This document shows, piece by piece, positions 9,764-20,390 of a stretch of DNA of 64,000 bases. Origin of the DNA: Vulcanimicrobiota bacterium (GTDB lineage: Bacteria > Vulcanimicrobiota > Vulcanimicrobiia > Vulcanimicrobiales > Vulcanimicrobiaceae); NCBI GenBank assembly GCA_963777315.1, contig CAVZQC010000004.1:320001-384000 (forward strand), in the 5' to 3' direction. Made by a program: the position numbers and the translations under genes. The notes under the pieces are model-generated. The model was given only the letters and a program-made list of their open reading frames with translations. It was not told the DNA's origin and ran no database searches. Each line of letters begins with the position of its first letter. Positions within the stretch are counted from its first letter, which is position 1.

Positions 9764-12031
9764 GTGGACATCGTTTGCATCGGCGGCGGACCGGCCGGGC
9801 TGTATTTCGGTCTTTTGATGAAAAAGGCGGACCCGCGCCACCGCGTTCGGGTGATCGAACGCAATCGACCTTACGACACGTTTGGATGGGGCGTCGTGTT
9901 TTCGGACGCGACCTTGGAGAATCTTCGCCAAGCCGACGACGTCACCCACGATAAAATCGTCTCCAGCTTCGCGCACTGGGACGACATCGAAATCCATTTC
10001 AAAGGCAGCGTCATGCGTTCGGGAGGGCACGGCTTTTCCGGTATCGCGCGCAAGCGCCTGTTGAACGTGCTGCAGCAGCGCGCTCAAGACCTCGGCGTCG
10101 AGCTGGTGTTCGAGTGTGAAGCGACGGGCCTTTCCGCGTATCGCGATGCCGACCTGATCGTCGCTTCGGACGGAATCAACAGCCGGATCCGCTCGGCGCT
10201 TTCCGATCGATTCCAACCTAATCTCGATACGCGTAAATGCCGCTTCGTGTGGCTGGGCACGACGCTGCCGCTGGATGCATTCACGTTCATTTTCGAGCAG
10301 ACCGAGCACGGCTGGTTTACCGTCCACGCGTATCGGTTCGACGATCGCACCAGCACGTGGATCGTCGAATGCCGTGAGGAGACGTGGCTCGCGCACGGAC
10401 TCGACGGCGCCGATACGCAAGCGACGCTGGCTTTCTGCCAAAAGATGTTCGGGCCGTATCTGCACGGGCACGACCTCATGGCCAATACGGGGCATCTGCG
10501 CGGACGCGACTGGGTCAATTTCACGCGCGTGAGCAACGCGAACTGGACCTGCGGCAACGTGGTCTTGCTGGGCGACGCGGCCCATTCGGCTCATTTCTCG
10601 GTGGGGTCGGGGACCAAGCTGGCGATGGAGGACGCCGTGGCCTTGCAAAGGGCGCTGTGCGACGAACCCTCGCTCGCGGGAGCTCTGGCCCGCTACGAGA
10701 GCGAGCGGCGCATCGAGGTGCTGCGCCTTCAGAACGCGGCCCGCAACAGCACGGAGTGGTTCGAAAACGTCGCGCGGTACGCGGCTTTGCCGCCCGAACA
10801 GTTCGCGTACAGCCTGCTGACCCGCAGCCAGCGCATCAGTCACGAGAACCTGCGCTTGCGCGATAGAGGCTATGTCGAGCGAATCGAACGTTGGCTCGCG
10901 CGGGGGTCCAAACCGGTCCCGCCGATGTTTACGCCGTTTCGTTTGCGCAGCCTCGAATTGCGCAACCGCGTTGTCGTTTCGCCCATGGATATGTACAGCG
11001 CGGTCGACGGTATGCCTAACGAGTTTCATCTGGTTCACCTGGGCAGCCGCGCGCTTGGCGGGGCGGCTCTGGTCTATACCGAGATGGCGTGCGTGAGCGC
11101 GCAAGGGCGCATTACGCCGGGCTGCACCGGCATGTACGAGCCCGGGCACGTTGAGGGCTGGAAACGCGTCGTCGATTTCGTGCACCGCTGGACGCAAGCC
11201 AAGATTTGCCTGCAGCTTGGGCACAGCGGTCCCAAAGGCTCGACCAAACTGATGTGGGAGGGGATGGACGAACCGCTGGCCGCCGGCAACTGGCAGGTCA
11301 TCGGACCGTCCTCCTTGCCGTACGGTCCCGATAATCAGCTGCCCGCCGAAATGGCGCACGCCGACATGGAGCGCGTGCGCGAGGAGTTCGCCCGCGCGAC
11401 CCGCATGGCCGTGGAGTCGGGATTCGATATGCTCGAACTGCACTGCGCGCACGGCTATCTGCTCTCGAGCTTCATCACGCCACTGCAAAACAAGCGTACC
11501 GATGAATACGGCGGCCCGCTTGCGAACCGGCTGCGCTATCCGCTGGAGATTTTCGAGACCATGCGCGCGATCTGGCCCGCGCAGCGGCCGATGTCCGTTC
11601 GCATATCGGCAACGGATTGGGTGCCGGGGGGCATCACTGCAGAAGACGCCGTGGAAATCGCGCGCGCTTTTCAACAAGCAGGTGTCGATCTGATCGACGT
11701 TTCCAGCGGGCAGACTTCACGCGACGCCCAGCCGGTGTACGGCCGGATGTACCAAACGCCGTACGCCGATCGCATTCGCAACGAGATCGGCATCGCGACC
11801 ATGGCCGTCGGAAACATCTACGAGCCGGATCACGTCAACAGCATCGTTGCGGCCGGCCGCGCCGATCTGTGCGCACTGGCGCGTCCCCATCTTTCGGACC
11901 CGCAGTGGACGCTGCACGCGGCAGCGCAGCTGGGTTATGCGGACATGGAGTGGCCGGTGCAGTATCTTCCGGGTAAAGCGCAGCTCGAACGCAATTTGGC
12001 GCGCGCGGTACAAGTGAGCGAGCACGTATGA
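9764..12031 (+). CDS. abmA: Bifunctional 2-aminobenzoyl-CoA monooxygenase/reductase (salicylyl-CoA 5-hydroxylase family)
   Basis: N-terminal FAD monooxygenase ([39 protein letters not shown]) fused to Old Yellow Enzyme domain ([17 protein letters not shown]). Confidence 0.88.
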   Translation: MDIVCIGGGPAGLYFGLLMKKADPRHRVRVIERNRPYDTFGWGVVFSDATLENLRQADDVTHDKIVSSFAHWDDIEIHFKGSVMRSGGHGFSGIARKRLLNVLQQRAQDLGVELVFECEATGLSAYRDADLIVASDGINSRIRSALSDRFQPNLDTRKCRFVWLGTTLPLDAFTFIFEQTEHGWFTVHAYRFDDRTSTWIVECREETWLAHGLDGADTQATLAFCQKMFGPYLHGHDLMANTGHLRGRDWVNFTRVSNANWTCGNVVLLGDAAHSAHFSVGSGTKLAMEDAVALQRALCDEPSLAGALARYESERRIEVLRLQNAARNSTEWFENVARYAALPPEQFAYSLLTRSQRISHENLRLRDRGYVERIERWLARGSKPVPPMFTPFRLRSLELRNRVVVSPMDMYSAVDGMPNEFHLVHLGSRALGGAALVYTEMACVSAQGRITPGCTGMYEPGHVEGWKRVVDFVHRWTQAKICLQLGHSGPKGSTKLMWEGMDEPLAAGNWQVIGPSSLPYGPDNQLPAEMAHADMERVREEFARATRMAVESGFDMLELHCAHGYLLSSFITPLQNKRTDEYGGPLANRLRYPLEIFETMRAIWPAQRPMSVRISATDWVPGGITAEDAVEIARAFQQAGVDLIDVSSGQTSRDAQPVYGRMYQTPYADRIRNEIGIATMAVGNIYEPDHVNSIVAAGRADLCALARPHLSDPQWTLHAAAQLGYADMEWPVQYLPGKAQLERNLARAVQVSEHV

Positions 12032-12050
12032 TCGATGCGAAAACGATGAG

Positions 12051-12347
12051 GTGGTCGTGAAACCGTTCCTATTGAAATTGTTTGCGCCCCGGCCCACGTT
12101 CCATCTCGACATGACAGAAGAAGAACGCGCCGTACTGCAGCGCCACTCTGGATATTGGCGCGATTTGCTGGAAAAAGGTACGGCGGTCGCGTTCGGTCCG
12201 GTGCTTCAAAGCAGCGGCTCCTGGGGCGTTGCGCTGCTCTATGCGCAAGATCAACAGGCTGCCGACGCGATTGCGGCGCAGGATCCCGCATCGATTGCCG
12301 GCATGCACATCGAAGTGTATCCGATGGGTGCGCTGGTGCATAAGTGA
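12051..12347 (+). CDS. YciI family protein
   Basis: PRPTF..MTEEE...H..YW...FGPV...DP pattern. Confidence 0.75.
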   Translation: MVVKPFLLKLFAPRPTFHLDMTEEERAVLQRHSGYWRDLLEKGTAVAFGPVLQSSGSWGVALLYAQDQQAADAIAAQDPASIAGMHIEVYPMGALVHK

Positions 12348-13096
12348 TCTCCGGTAAGCACGCTGTCGTTACGGGCGGCGGGCGCGGGATCGGCCTTGCG
12401 ATTGCGCGTGCGCTCAAGGCAGCCGGTGCGAAGGTGAGCATCGTGAGCCGCTTGCCGCCCGATACGGGCGATGATTTTTTTCGTACGGCGGCTGACGTTT
12501 CGGATGAGGCTTCGCTCAATGAAGCGTTCGCGGAATGCCGGAAAGCGAACGGGGCCGTTGCGATACTCGTGAACAATGCCGGAATAGCGGAGTCGGCACC
12601 GTTCAAGCGTACCGACACAGCCTTGTGGAATCGGATTATCGGCACGAATTTGTCGGGCACATTTCTGTGCACGCGTCTGGTTATCGACGAAATGATCGAC
12701 GCGAAATGGGGCCGTATCGTCAACATCGCCAGTATCGCGGGTTTAGCGGGCGCCCCGTACATCAGCGCCTATGCCGCGGCCAAGCACGGCGTCATGGGGC
12801 TGACACGCAGCTTAGCGGCGGAGCTGCGCGAGACCGGCGTGACGGTCAGCGCCGTCTGCCCGGGCTACACGCAAAGCGATATGCTCACGCAGGCTGTAGC
12901 GAATATCGTGAAACGCACCGGCATGTCCGAAAGCGACGCGTTAGCTCAGCTCGCGAACAGCAACCCCGGCGGACGCATCGTTACGCCGCAAGAGGTCGTG
13001 CACGCCGTCGTGGCGCTTTGCGAGGGCTCGCAGAACGGCGCTGAGATCGTCCTGCCGGAACAGGGCCGCCGTGGTGCGGGTTGTCAATCGTTTTAA
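12344..13096 (+). CDS. SDR family oxidoreductase (AbmB-like 3-hydroxyacyl-CoA dehydrogenase)
   Basis: TGGGRGIG, NNAG, YAAAKHG catalytic motif. Confidence 0.88.
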   Translation: MISGKHAVVTGGGRGIGLAIARALKAAGAKVSIVSRLPPDTGDDFFRTAADVSDEASLNEAFAECRKANGAVAILVNNAGIAESAPFKRTDTALWNRIIGTNLSGTFLCTRLVIDEMIDAKWGRIVNIASIAGLAGAPYISAYAAAKHGVMGLTRSLAAELRETGVTVSAVCPGYTQSDMLTQAVANIVKRTGMSESDALAQLANSNPGGRIVTPQEVVHAVVALCEGSQNGAEIVLPEQGRRGAGCQSF

Positions 13097-13141
13097 TATC
13101 CGTAGGCGTTTTCATGGCAAGTCACTGGTAAGGCAAGAGAG

Positions 13142-15010
13142 ATGCAGCACGGTCTATCATTCGAGGAACAAGTAATTCACAACGGTGCGACGCCGGTTGC
13201 TTACGAGGCGTTTGAATCAATGCGTAAGAAAGCGCTCGACGCAAAATCATCACGGTTGTCGACGATCCCGCTCAGCGCAGAAATTAATGAACGGATTCCA
13301 TACGCGTACCACGTTGTGTTAGGGGATGGCAATGACATTGCCCTGAAGTTGCCCGGCTCTCGTGGAGAGTTTTAGATTGGAAATCACGCCGCGGTTTCCC
13401 GCTCATATGCGGCGGGAGAGCGGTAGCCCAGAGCTGAGTGGCGACGATGCCGATTGTACCAGCCCTCGATGAAGTCGAAGATAGCAAGTTCGGCTTCCTT
13501 ATGCGTGCGGAACCGGTTCCGATCGAGTAGTTCGCATTCGAGCGTCGCATTGAAGCTCTCGCACATCGCGTTGTCGTAGCAATCACCAACTGAACCCATC
13601 GACGGACGAACTCCAGCTTCCGGCACCGAGATCCGAAAGCAATCGAGGTGTATTGCGTTCCTTGATCGGAATGATGAATGACGCTTTCGGGCCTACGACG
13701 TTCAATCGCCATGTTGAGCGCATCGAGTACAAGTTGCGTGCGCATGTTCGAGCTCATTGCATAGCCGACGATTCGGCGGCATAAACGCGTCGAGAACGAC
13801 TGCAAGAAACAAGAACCCGGCGTAGGTTGGGATGTACGTGATATCAGCAACCCACAGTTTGTCTGGTGCGTTAGCGATGAATTTTCGATCGACAAGATCC
13901 GGTGCGGGTCGAGCATCTCGATCACGCACGGTCGTCCGAACGCCCTTACGGCGGCTTGCGCCTACGAGATTTCGCTCGTTCATGAGTCGCGCAAGTCGGT
14001 CGTTGCTCAGGGTAATGCCCTCGTCTTTCAACTCGGCCTTGATGCGTGGTCGACCGTACGTGTTGCGAGAGCGTCGATGAATTGCCTCGAGGCGATCACC
14101 AAGTTCAATGTCGCGCCGCGCATGTGCTGACGGTAGGACGATTGAGCCACGCATAGTACCCGCTGGCGGAGACCTCCAGAGCCTGGCACATCGTGGAAAT
14201 GTGGAATTTGGCCTGGTAGCTCTTCACGAGTCGGAAGATTTCTTGGGGATCACGTCGGTCTCCCGAGCAAACCAGGCCGCGGCTTTTGACAAGATTTCAT
14301 TCTCGATCGTGAGTCGCTTGTTTTCACGTCGAAGTTTCGAGAGTTCTGCTCGTTCTTCGCTGGTCAATCCGTCGGTGCGCTTGCCAGTATCGAAATCGAC
14401 CTGCTTTTCCAAATTGCGAATCGTTTGTGGCGCAAACCTCGAATTAGGCGGCAACTCATCTATGCGGCGACCGGTCCGAGCAGTTTAAGCGCAGGCGGAA
14501 GCGTCGTAGGATGCGTACCGCTTGGTTTGCGCAGCGGTGGACCCTTCTCCGCCAAAGCGGAAGTGTCCACGAGAGCCGGGCAACTTCACCCTGATTCGCC
14601 GCTCGTACTGGAACGGGATGATTCGCTTTGATGATCTAATTGGGCGTACCGCGCTAATCCTGCGGCCGAAAAGGAACGACGTCGTTTACCTTTATCTGAC
14701 GACAAAGACCTATCATGTAGAACCTCTTCGGCCTCGTAAACATATTTTAGCGGTTTCCTACGCGGCTAGCCATCGCATCACTAAGATCCAATATCAACAA
14801 ACGACGTGGAGCGAGGGCCCGGGGACTCTCGAAGGGTATGCTGTCGAAAACTTCAGAGTGCAGTCCGAGACGCGATATACTACAGACGGTTCGGAGATGT
14901 ACGATTCCATGCGAACCGAGAGTAAGGTGGTCGTGCTATCCGGCGCTTCGAACATTGAAAATCACTTTCCTATGGACGTTGTGATGCCTCAGCTGGCAGA
15001 ATTTCTTTAG
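13142..15010 (+). pseudogene. Hypothetical ~206-aa gene interrupted by IS3 element (13142-13343 + 14592-15010)
   Basis: Removing the IS and one CCC copy joins ...GNDIA to LIRRSYWNG... in frame. Confidence 0.8.
13344..14588 (-). mobile_element. IS3-family insertion sequence, internally degraded (orfA/orfB frameshifted)
   Basis: 23-bp perfect terminal IR TGAAGTTGCCCGGCTCTCGTGGA, TG...CA ends, 3-bp CCC target duplication; fragments ILSKAAAWFA, WVADITY, HHSDQGTQY, DNAMCESF, YNRHRRHSALGY. Confidence 0.95.
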
Positions 15011-15427
15011 GCCTATCTCGCCAGCCAACGCGACGGCTTCGTATGAAGAACATGGCCCGTCTCTCGCAGATGCGTTGCGACTCTACCAGATTAGCGCCGT
15101 AACATTGTCGGAGAGCTCCGTAGAGAACCGATTCCTTATTTCCATATTGAGAAATCGCGTAGAGAGGCTTGGCCCAAACGCCGAAGAGTCTGTTCGATAT
15201 TCCTGAGAATTTGTCTCAGAATTAAGAGCTAAATTTCAATCCGCTGGAGAAATTCCTGACCCTCCCTTTGGCCGCTAAGGTGGGTATTGCGCGCTATCTC
15301 CCCAGTATCAGCTGGCATAGTCTGCGCGCTTCAAGATACCGCGACGTTCGCGCCGGGGGGAGCAAAGACAAGCGCTAAAGCGGCGTAGTCGTGAATAAGG
15401 CTCGCGAGTAAAAACGAGGATGCAAAC

Positions 15428-15673
15428 TTGCCATCGGACGCTACAAAGGATACGACGCCAACCCACGAGGACCAATGCGGCTTGAGCGCCCAGCGGCTGG
15501 TGCACGATCAAGAGTCTGGAAAGTGGTACTACACTAATGGCGTACCCACTCGCCATATGGTCGAGTATGGTGAACACAATACAGCATCTGACGGTACGTT
15601 ACGCCCTGGAAACCCGAAGGGCGCTCGTCCAGCTACGCCACAGGAGGTCCAAGTTGCCAAGAACAAGCCGTAA
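15428..15673 (+). CDS. Hypothetical protein, possible orphan polymorphic-toxin C-terminal fragment
   Basis: Short ORF without convincing start, directly upstream of an acidic immunity-like gene in an AT-richer island. Confidence 0.35.
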   Translation: MPSDATKDTTPTHEDQCGLSAQRLVHDQESGKWYYTNGVPTRHMVEYGEHNTASDGTLRPGNPKGARPATPQEVQVAKNKP

Positions 15674-15706
15674 CGACGTTCCGGACGCCACCAGACGGGC
15701 TGAAAT

Positions 15707-16165
15707 ATGACGGACATTACGGAAGCATTTCGACGGTTTCGCGAAGCAGCCCGTATTGTCTGGAATCTGTGCATGCGCGATTATCCCGATGGCGAGTTGG
15801 AGTTGTTGGGCGTTAAAAATAGTCTTTTTGACGCGTTGGTATGTTCGCAACTGCACGTCGCGGAACATAGGACCGAGGAAGCATACTTTTGGCAAATCAA
15901 AGTAAAGCCGACATCGAAAGAAATCCTGTTAGCCTCTATTACGCCGGGGGAAATCGTGCTATGGAATCGCTCAGAAATCAGTGATGATGCCGATCTTAGG
16001 TACAGCGGCATCTTTGATTTCGACGAATTGGATTACACCTACAGAGATTTTCGCTACGTTCGAGCACGGCTTTTGACGACATCCGATATCCCAAATTACA
16101 CCGATGTACTAGTGGACGCCGACAAGGTGCAATTGTTCGATGTAAGCGACACCGAAAGCAAATAG
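15707..16165 (+). CDS. Hypothetical acidic protein, immunity-protein-like
   Basis: 152 aa, ATG start, acidic/aromatic composition (FREAARIVWN...IFDFDELDYTYRDFRYVR). Confidence 0.6.
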   Translation: MTDITEAFRRFREAARIVWNLCMRDYPDGELELLGVKNSLFDALVCSQLHVAEHRTEEAYFWQIKVKPTSKEILLASITPGEIVLWNRSEISDDADLRYSGIFDFDELDYTYRDFRYVRARLLTTSDIPNYTDVLVDADKVQLFDVSDTESK

Positions 16166-16218
16166 ATCTCGAAGCTGATCGGGTTTGGTGGACGGTTCCA
16201 GTTTAGGGATGCCCTGAT

Positions 16219-16681
16219 TTATTCAAGTGCGATTTTTATCTTAGACCGCAAGAAGCACAAAGGCGCTCTCCGTCGAGAACAGGACGGGGGCGGTTTTAAT
16301 TGCGTCGAGCGCCCCCTCTGATAGAACTGAAAGCACACGCCCGCCGGTTCGATGAGATGGAACTCGCGCCGTCCCCGCGGCTTCATCTCGAGTGGGCCGA
16401 CTTTCGCCGGTACGTCGCGATACTCAGCATAGAGTGCTTCAAGATCCGTGACGCCGATGCTGAAGCTTAGCGTTGTCGGCCCATTGGCGATTTGTGTTCG
16501 GCACGAGATTAAAGGCAACGTCGTCGCGCGCGATGCCGGCGCCGGTATCGCTTTGCCACGTAACCGAAAAATGCATCGCGTCCCGATAGAAGGCAATCGC
16601 CGCCGCGAGGTCGGCGCCGGCCGGAATCATCGGTGTGACGGAACGGAACGACACCGTCACAGCTTTGCGGGTATTCTCCAT
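16219..16681 (-). pseudogene. VOC/bleomycin-resistance family gene with one frameshift (~16468), inside IS5 element
   Basis: SVTPMIPAGADLAAAIAFYRDAMHF... continues in another frame as SFSIGVTDLEALYAEY...RREFHLIEPAGVCFQFYQ. Confidence 0.75.
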
Positions 16682-16739
16682 ATGCCCGTTCCTTTTCGAG
16701 CCGCAGCCGGGCGATTCCGGTTCATGATAAAATTCATAC

Positions 16740-17707
16740 ATGGCGAACAAACAGATTACGTTCGCAACGGGTAACGGTTTTGAACGCTATGCGAAGAAGA
16801 CGCGACGCGCACAGTTCTTGGATGAAATGAACCAGGTTATCCCATGGAGGCGCATCGGCAAGATCGTCGAGCGATATATCCCGCCGAGGGTGGCGTTGGG
16901 CGACCGCCGGTGGGAGTGGAGCGGATGCTCCGCATGTATTTTTTGCAGCACTGGTTCAATTTGAGCGATCCTGCCGTTGAGGAGGCGCTCTACGAGAGCA
17001 ACTCGATGCGTGCGTTCGTCGGCATCGACCTTGGCCGCGAGCGAGTCCCTGACGAGACGACGGTATGCAAGTTCCGTCACCTTTTGGAGAAGCACCGTCT
17101 TGGCAAGCGCATTTTCAAAGCGATCAACACTCATCTGGCGCAACCGGGAATGACGGTCGGGCGCGGGACCATCGTTGATGCGACGATTATTCATGCGCCG
17201 AGCTCTACGAAGAACAAGGACGAGAAGCGCGACCCGGAGATGCACTCGACCCAGAAGGGGAATCAGTGGTTCTTTGGGATGAAGGCACACATCGGCGTCG
17301 ATAGTAAGACGGGCCTGGTCCATTCGCTCGTCACGACAGCGCCAATATTCACGATAGCCAACCGCTCGCGGACCTGCTGCACGGTTCCGAGACACGTGTT
17401 TGGGGTGATTCGGCATACATGGGTCAGAAGGACGCGATCGAGAAGCGCGCTCCCAGGGCGAAGGACTTTACGAATAAGCGGGCTCGTCGTAACCATCCAC
17501 TCAGCGATGCTGAGAAGGCTGCGAATCGCATGAAATCTTGCGTGCGCGCGAAGGGTGAGCATCCATTTTGCGTTGTCAAGCGTCTTTGGGGATTTAGCAA
17601 AGTGAGGTATCGCGGCATAGCCAAGAATGCGAACGGCTTTTGTTGCATTCGGTCTATCGAATCTTTTCATGACGCGCAACAAACTTTTGCGCTTGCAAGG
17701 GGCGTAG
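16740..17707 (+). pseudogene. IS5-family DDE transposase, several frameshifts
   Basis: [64 protein letters not shown] spread across different frames. Confidence 0.92.
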
Positions 17708-18156
17708 TGTCTCTCGGAGTCGGCCTTGGGGCACTCGCAGGCGCAAAATGGGCACCAATAACTGGCTAATTCGCCAAACTGGATCATAAAATCAACACGG
17801 ATGCGCGGAAAAGTGGTCTATCGCACCATTGTCAGGGCATCCTTAGACATCAGGCGGCTTGACTGAGCCGGCGCTCGTACGCCATCGATGGGGGCTCTTC
17901 TCTTGACGACTTCCCTAATGGATCAGTGCGAGCGCGACAGCGAGGCTTTTTTACGGCGCCTTCTCGTGCGTGAGGCATACGCAGTACTAAGAGCCTGAAG
18001 GCATCCAGCCTGACCTTCGAGCCGCCCACCGGTGTGCGCAGGCCAAAGGTCGCTTGTACTCCAGATTCTAATTTTCAAGCTCATGGCGAGCTGAAGACCG
18101 AGACCACGAAAGGTGCAATATTGACACAAAACCACCGTTGAATGCGTTGCACGCTA

Positions 18157-18310
18157 TGTCGTGGGATAGATCCCGTCATGCGCGCAGTGATTTCTGTGGG
18201 GTCGGGTAGTTGATAGACTGCGAGGAATTCCTCAGGCGTCATGGCGTCGAGAGCGCTATGCGGCAGATCAGCGTTATAGGCCCGTCGACCTGACGCAGCT
18301 CGCGCAAGAT
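18157..18310 (-). mobile_element. IS3-family remnant (integrase C-terminus and probable right end)
   Basis: RRAYNADLPHSALDAMTPEEF resembles the YN..RPHSAL...TP IS3 C-terminal motif. Confidence 0.55.
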
Positions 18311-18356
18311 CGCCCAAAGATGGGTGTAAGCGGCTCCATGTTGCGATTTCACAAAG

Positions 18357-18873
18357 CTAAAGTAACGTCCGCAGATCGTCGAACGCGTACACAACGTCGT
18401 CAAAGTGTCCAGCCTCGATAGAGCAACCCTCCGGAACCAGACGCGCGCCCAACCGCTCGTAAAAACCGCGCGCGGCAGCATTATTCGGCAGCACGGCAGC
18501 GCCATGTTTGATGCTACCGTGGGGTAAGACGCTAGGCCAGTGCAGCGAGCAGTGCGCGCCCACCGCCGCGGCCTTTTGCCGCAGCAATGAAATACAACGC
18601 TTGCAGATACGCATCGAAGCCGTCGCGAGCCGGAAGCAACCTCAGCGCGCTTGCGAAACCGACGATCGTTTCATCTTCGTCGCAGGATACGAGCACGATG
18701 CGCTGCGGTTCGGTGAGGGCCTCGTGCCACATCGCCGTGCGGCTTTCCAGCGTGTGGCGGTCGATGCGCTCGTCCTCTAGAATTCCGCGGTAGTTTTCAC
18801 GCCAGCCGGCGAGGTGCACGCGAGCGATGCCGGCGCCGTCATCCAGGCGTGCGGGACGCACATGCAACGTCAC
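18357..18873 (-). pseudogene. GNAT N-acetyltransferase, disrupted near 18530
   Basis: VRPARLDDGAGIARVH...GRGGGRALLAALA* then VLPNNAAARGFYERLGA in another frame. Confidence 0.75.
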
Positions 18874-20390
18874 GCTCCGTACCAGCGCAACCGCGGCCAC
18901 AATACTGGCAGCGGCGCGATGGGCTGCGTGCACAAATAGATCGGCGTGGGTCCCTCGACGATCCACGTTCGCGGATCGCTCGACGTGGCGACCAGGCGGA
19001 CGTTGTGGTACAGCGTTCGCACGAGATCGATTTGCGTGGCTCCCACCGCGATGAGCGTCGATCCGTCGTATCCGCGCGTACCCCACAAGTAGTAGGTGTT
19101 TTGCGCGCTGATCGCGGGCGGCAATCCGTAGCGCGGACCGAAAAAGTCCAGTGCGCCAGCATCCGCGTAGGTGTCTGCGAATACCGCCGTGCGGGCCCGC
19201 ATCGGAGCCGGCAGCCCGCGATACACGGCGGCCACGTTGCGCGCGAGTGCGTTCCAGCCGAATTCCTCGGCGTACACTGGTTGAATCACGTGTGCCGGCG
19301 AGCCGTTTTGGCCGGTCAAGCGCAAGATCCGGGAATATGCGACGAACGATCCGATCGGCAGCACCGGTAGCGAAAGCGGTACGAATGGGAGCGTAACGAC
19401 AAGAAATACCGCGACCGCGGCCGTTCGTGCAACGGTCGTACGCAGCGTGCGTTCCCACACGACACAGCCGGCGGCAAGCAGTGGCGCATAGATGCCGATG
19501 ATGTAGTAGCCCTTCCCTTGCAGCCAGATCGCGAGCACCAGCAGCACGGCGTACGCAATGGCGATATAGCGAAAAGACCGGTAGGCGGCGGCAAAGCCCA
19601 GCGCGGCCAAACCGGCAAGCCAAATCGGCACGGCGATCGGGTTGGTGTACAGCAGCTGTTCGGCAACGAACGCCGCGGCGTTTTGCGCGACGCCTTTGTA
19701 CTCGAGCGCAAGCCCGTTCGCAAACGCGTGACGATGCGCGAAATCGCCGCGCACGACCTCCAGGAACGGCCAGCCGTGAAGAGCCTGCCACGCAAGGTTG
19801 GGCGCGAGCGCGATAGCCGCGAGGGCCAAACCTGCAGCAAACCACCACGTGCGCATCGCCTTACGCTGAGACGTGAACAGCAGCCCAAGCAGCAGCGCAG
19901 CTGCGAGCAGCAGCATAGAATATTTTCCGTACATCCCGAACGCGAACGCTGCGGCTGCGCCAATCCAGTAACGTGAATCGGCCGTACGCACGAGTCGAAC
20001 CGTGCAGTACACCAGCAGCGTCCACGAGAGCGGTTCGAACGAGGTGGTGGTGAGCGTGTTGCCGAGCAGCAGATACGCCGGCACGAACAGCGTCGCAAGC
20101 GCCGCGCAGCCTTGCGCAAACGCGCCCCCTCCAAGCTCGCGCGCGATGCGCGCCGCAAGCCACACCGTCAGTGCAGCCGCAATTGCGGGGAGAAGGCGCA
20201 GAGCGATCAGATCATAGTGCGCCGGAGATGCGATCCATGCCGCAAGCGCGACCAAAGGCGGCTGATCGACGTAGCCCCAGGCCAAGTGCTTGGCGCAGGC
20301 GATAAAGTACAGTTCGTCCCGGAAATAGCCGTACCGCCGGCTCGTAGCCAAATGGATGGCCAGTGCCGCTGCTGCAATGGCGAAACGCAC
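18870..20390 (-). CDS. GT-C fold glycosyltransferase family 39 (ArnT/PMT-like)
   Basis: YGYFRDELYF...WGYVDQPPL motif, multiple TMs. Confidence 0.88.
   Translation of the reverse strand: MRFAIAAAALAIHLATSRRYGYFRDELYFIACAKHLAWGYVDQPPLVALAAWIASPAHYDLIALRLLPAIAAALTVWLAARIARELGGGAFAQGCAALATLFVPAYLLLGNTLTTTSFEPLSWTLLVYCTVRLVRTADSRYWIGAAAAFAFGMYGKYSMLLLAAALLLGLLFTSQRKAMRTWWFAAGLALAAIALAPNLAWQALHGWPFLEVVRGDFAHRHAFANGLALEYKGVAQNAAAFVAEQLLYTNPIAVPIWLAGLAALGFAAAYRSFRYIAIAYAVLLVLAIWLQGKGYYIIGIYAPLLAAGCVVWERTLRTTVARTAAVAVFLVVTLPFVPLSLPVLPIGSFVAYSRILRLTGQNGSPAHVIQPVYAEEFGWNALARNVAAVYRGLPAPMRARTAVFADTYADAGALDFFGPRYGLPPAISAQNTYYLWGTRGYDGSTLIAVGATQIDLVRTLYHNVRLVATSSDPRTWIVEGPTPIYLCTQPIAPLPVLWPRLRWYGA

Larger units (their letters stand above)
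16207..17842 (+). mobile_element. IS5-family element with passenger gene
   Basis: 11-bp terminal IR GGATGCCCTGA/TCAGGGCATCC flanked on both sides by TTAG (16203-16206, 17843-17846), matching the YTAR target duplication of IS5. Confidence 0.85.

Noticed and set aside
13097..18356. Integrase-type genomic island or prophage with att sites
   Set aside because: No integrase, tRNA or flanking direct repeat found; looks like an IS accumulation site
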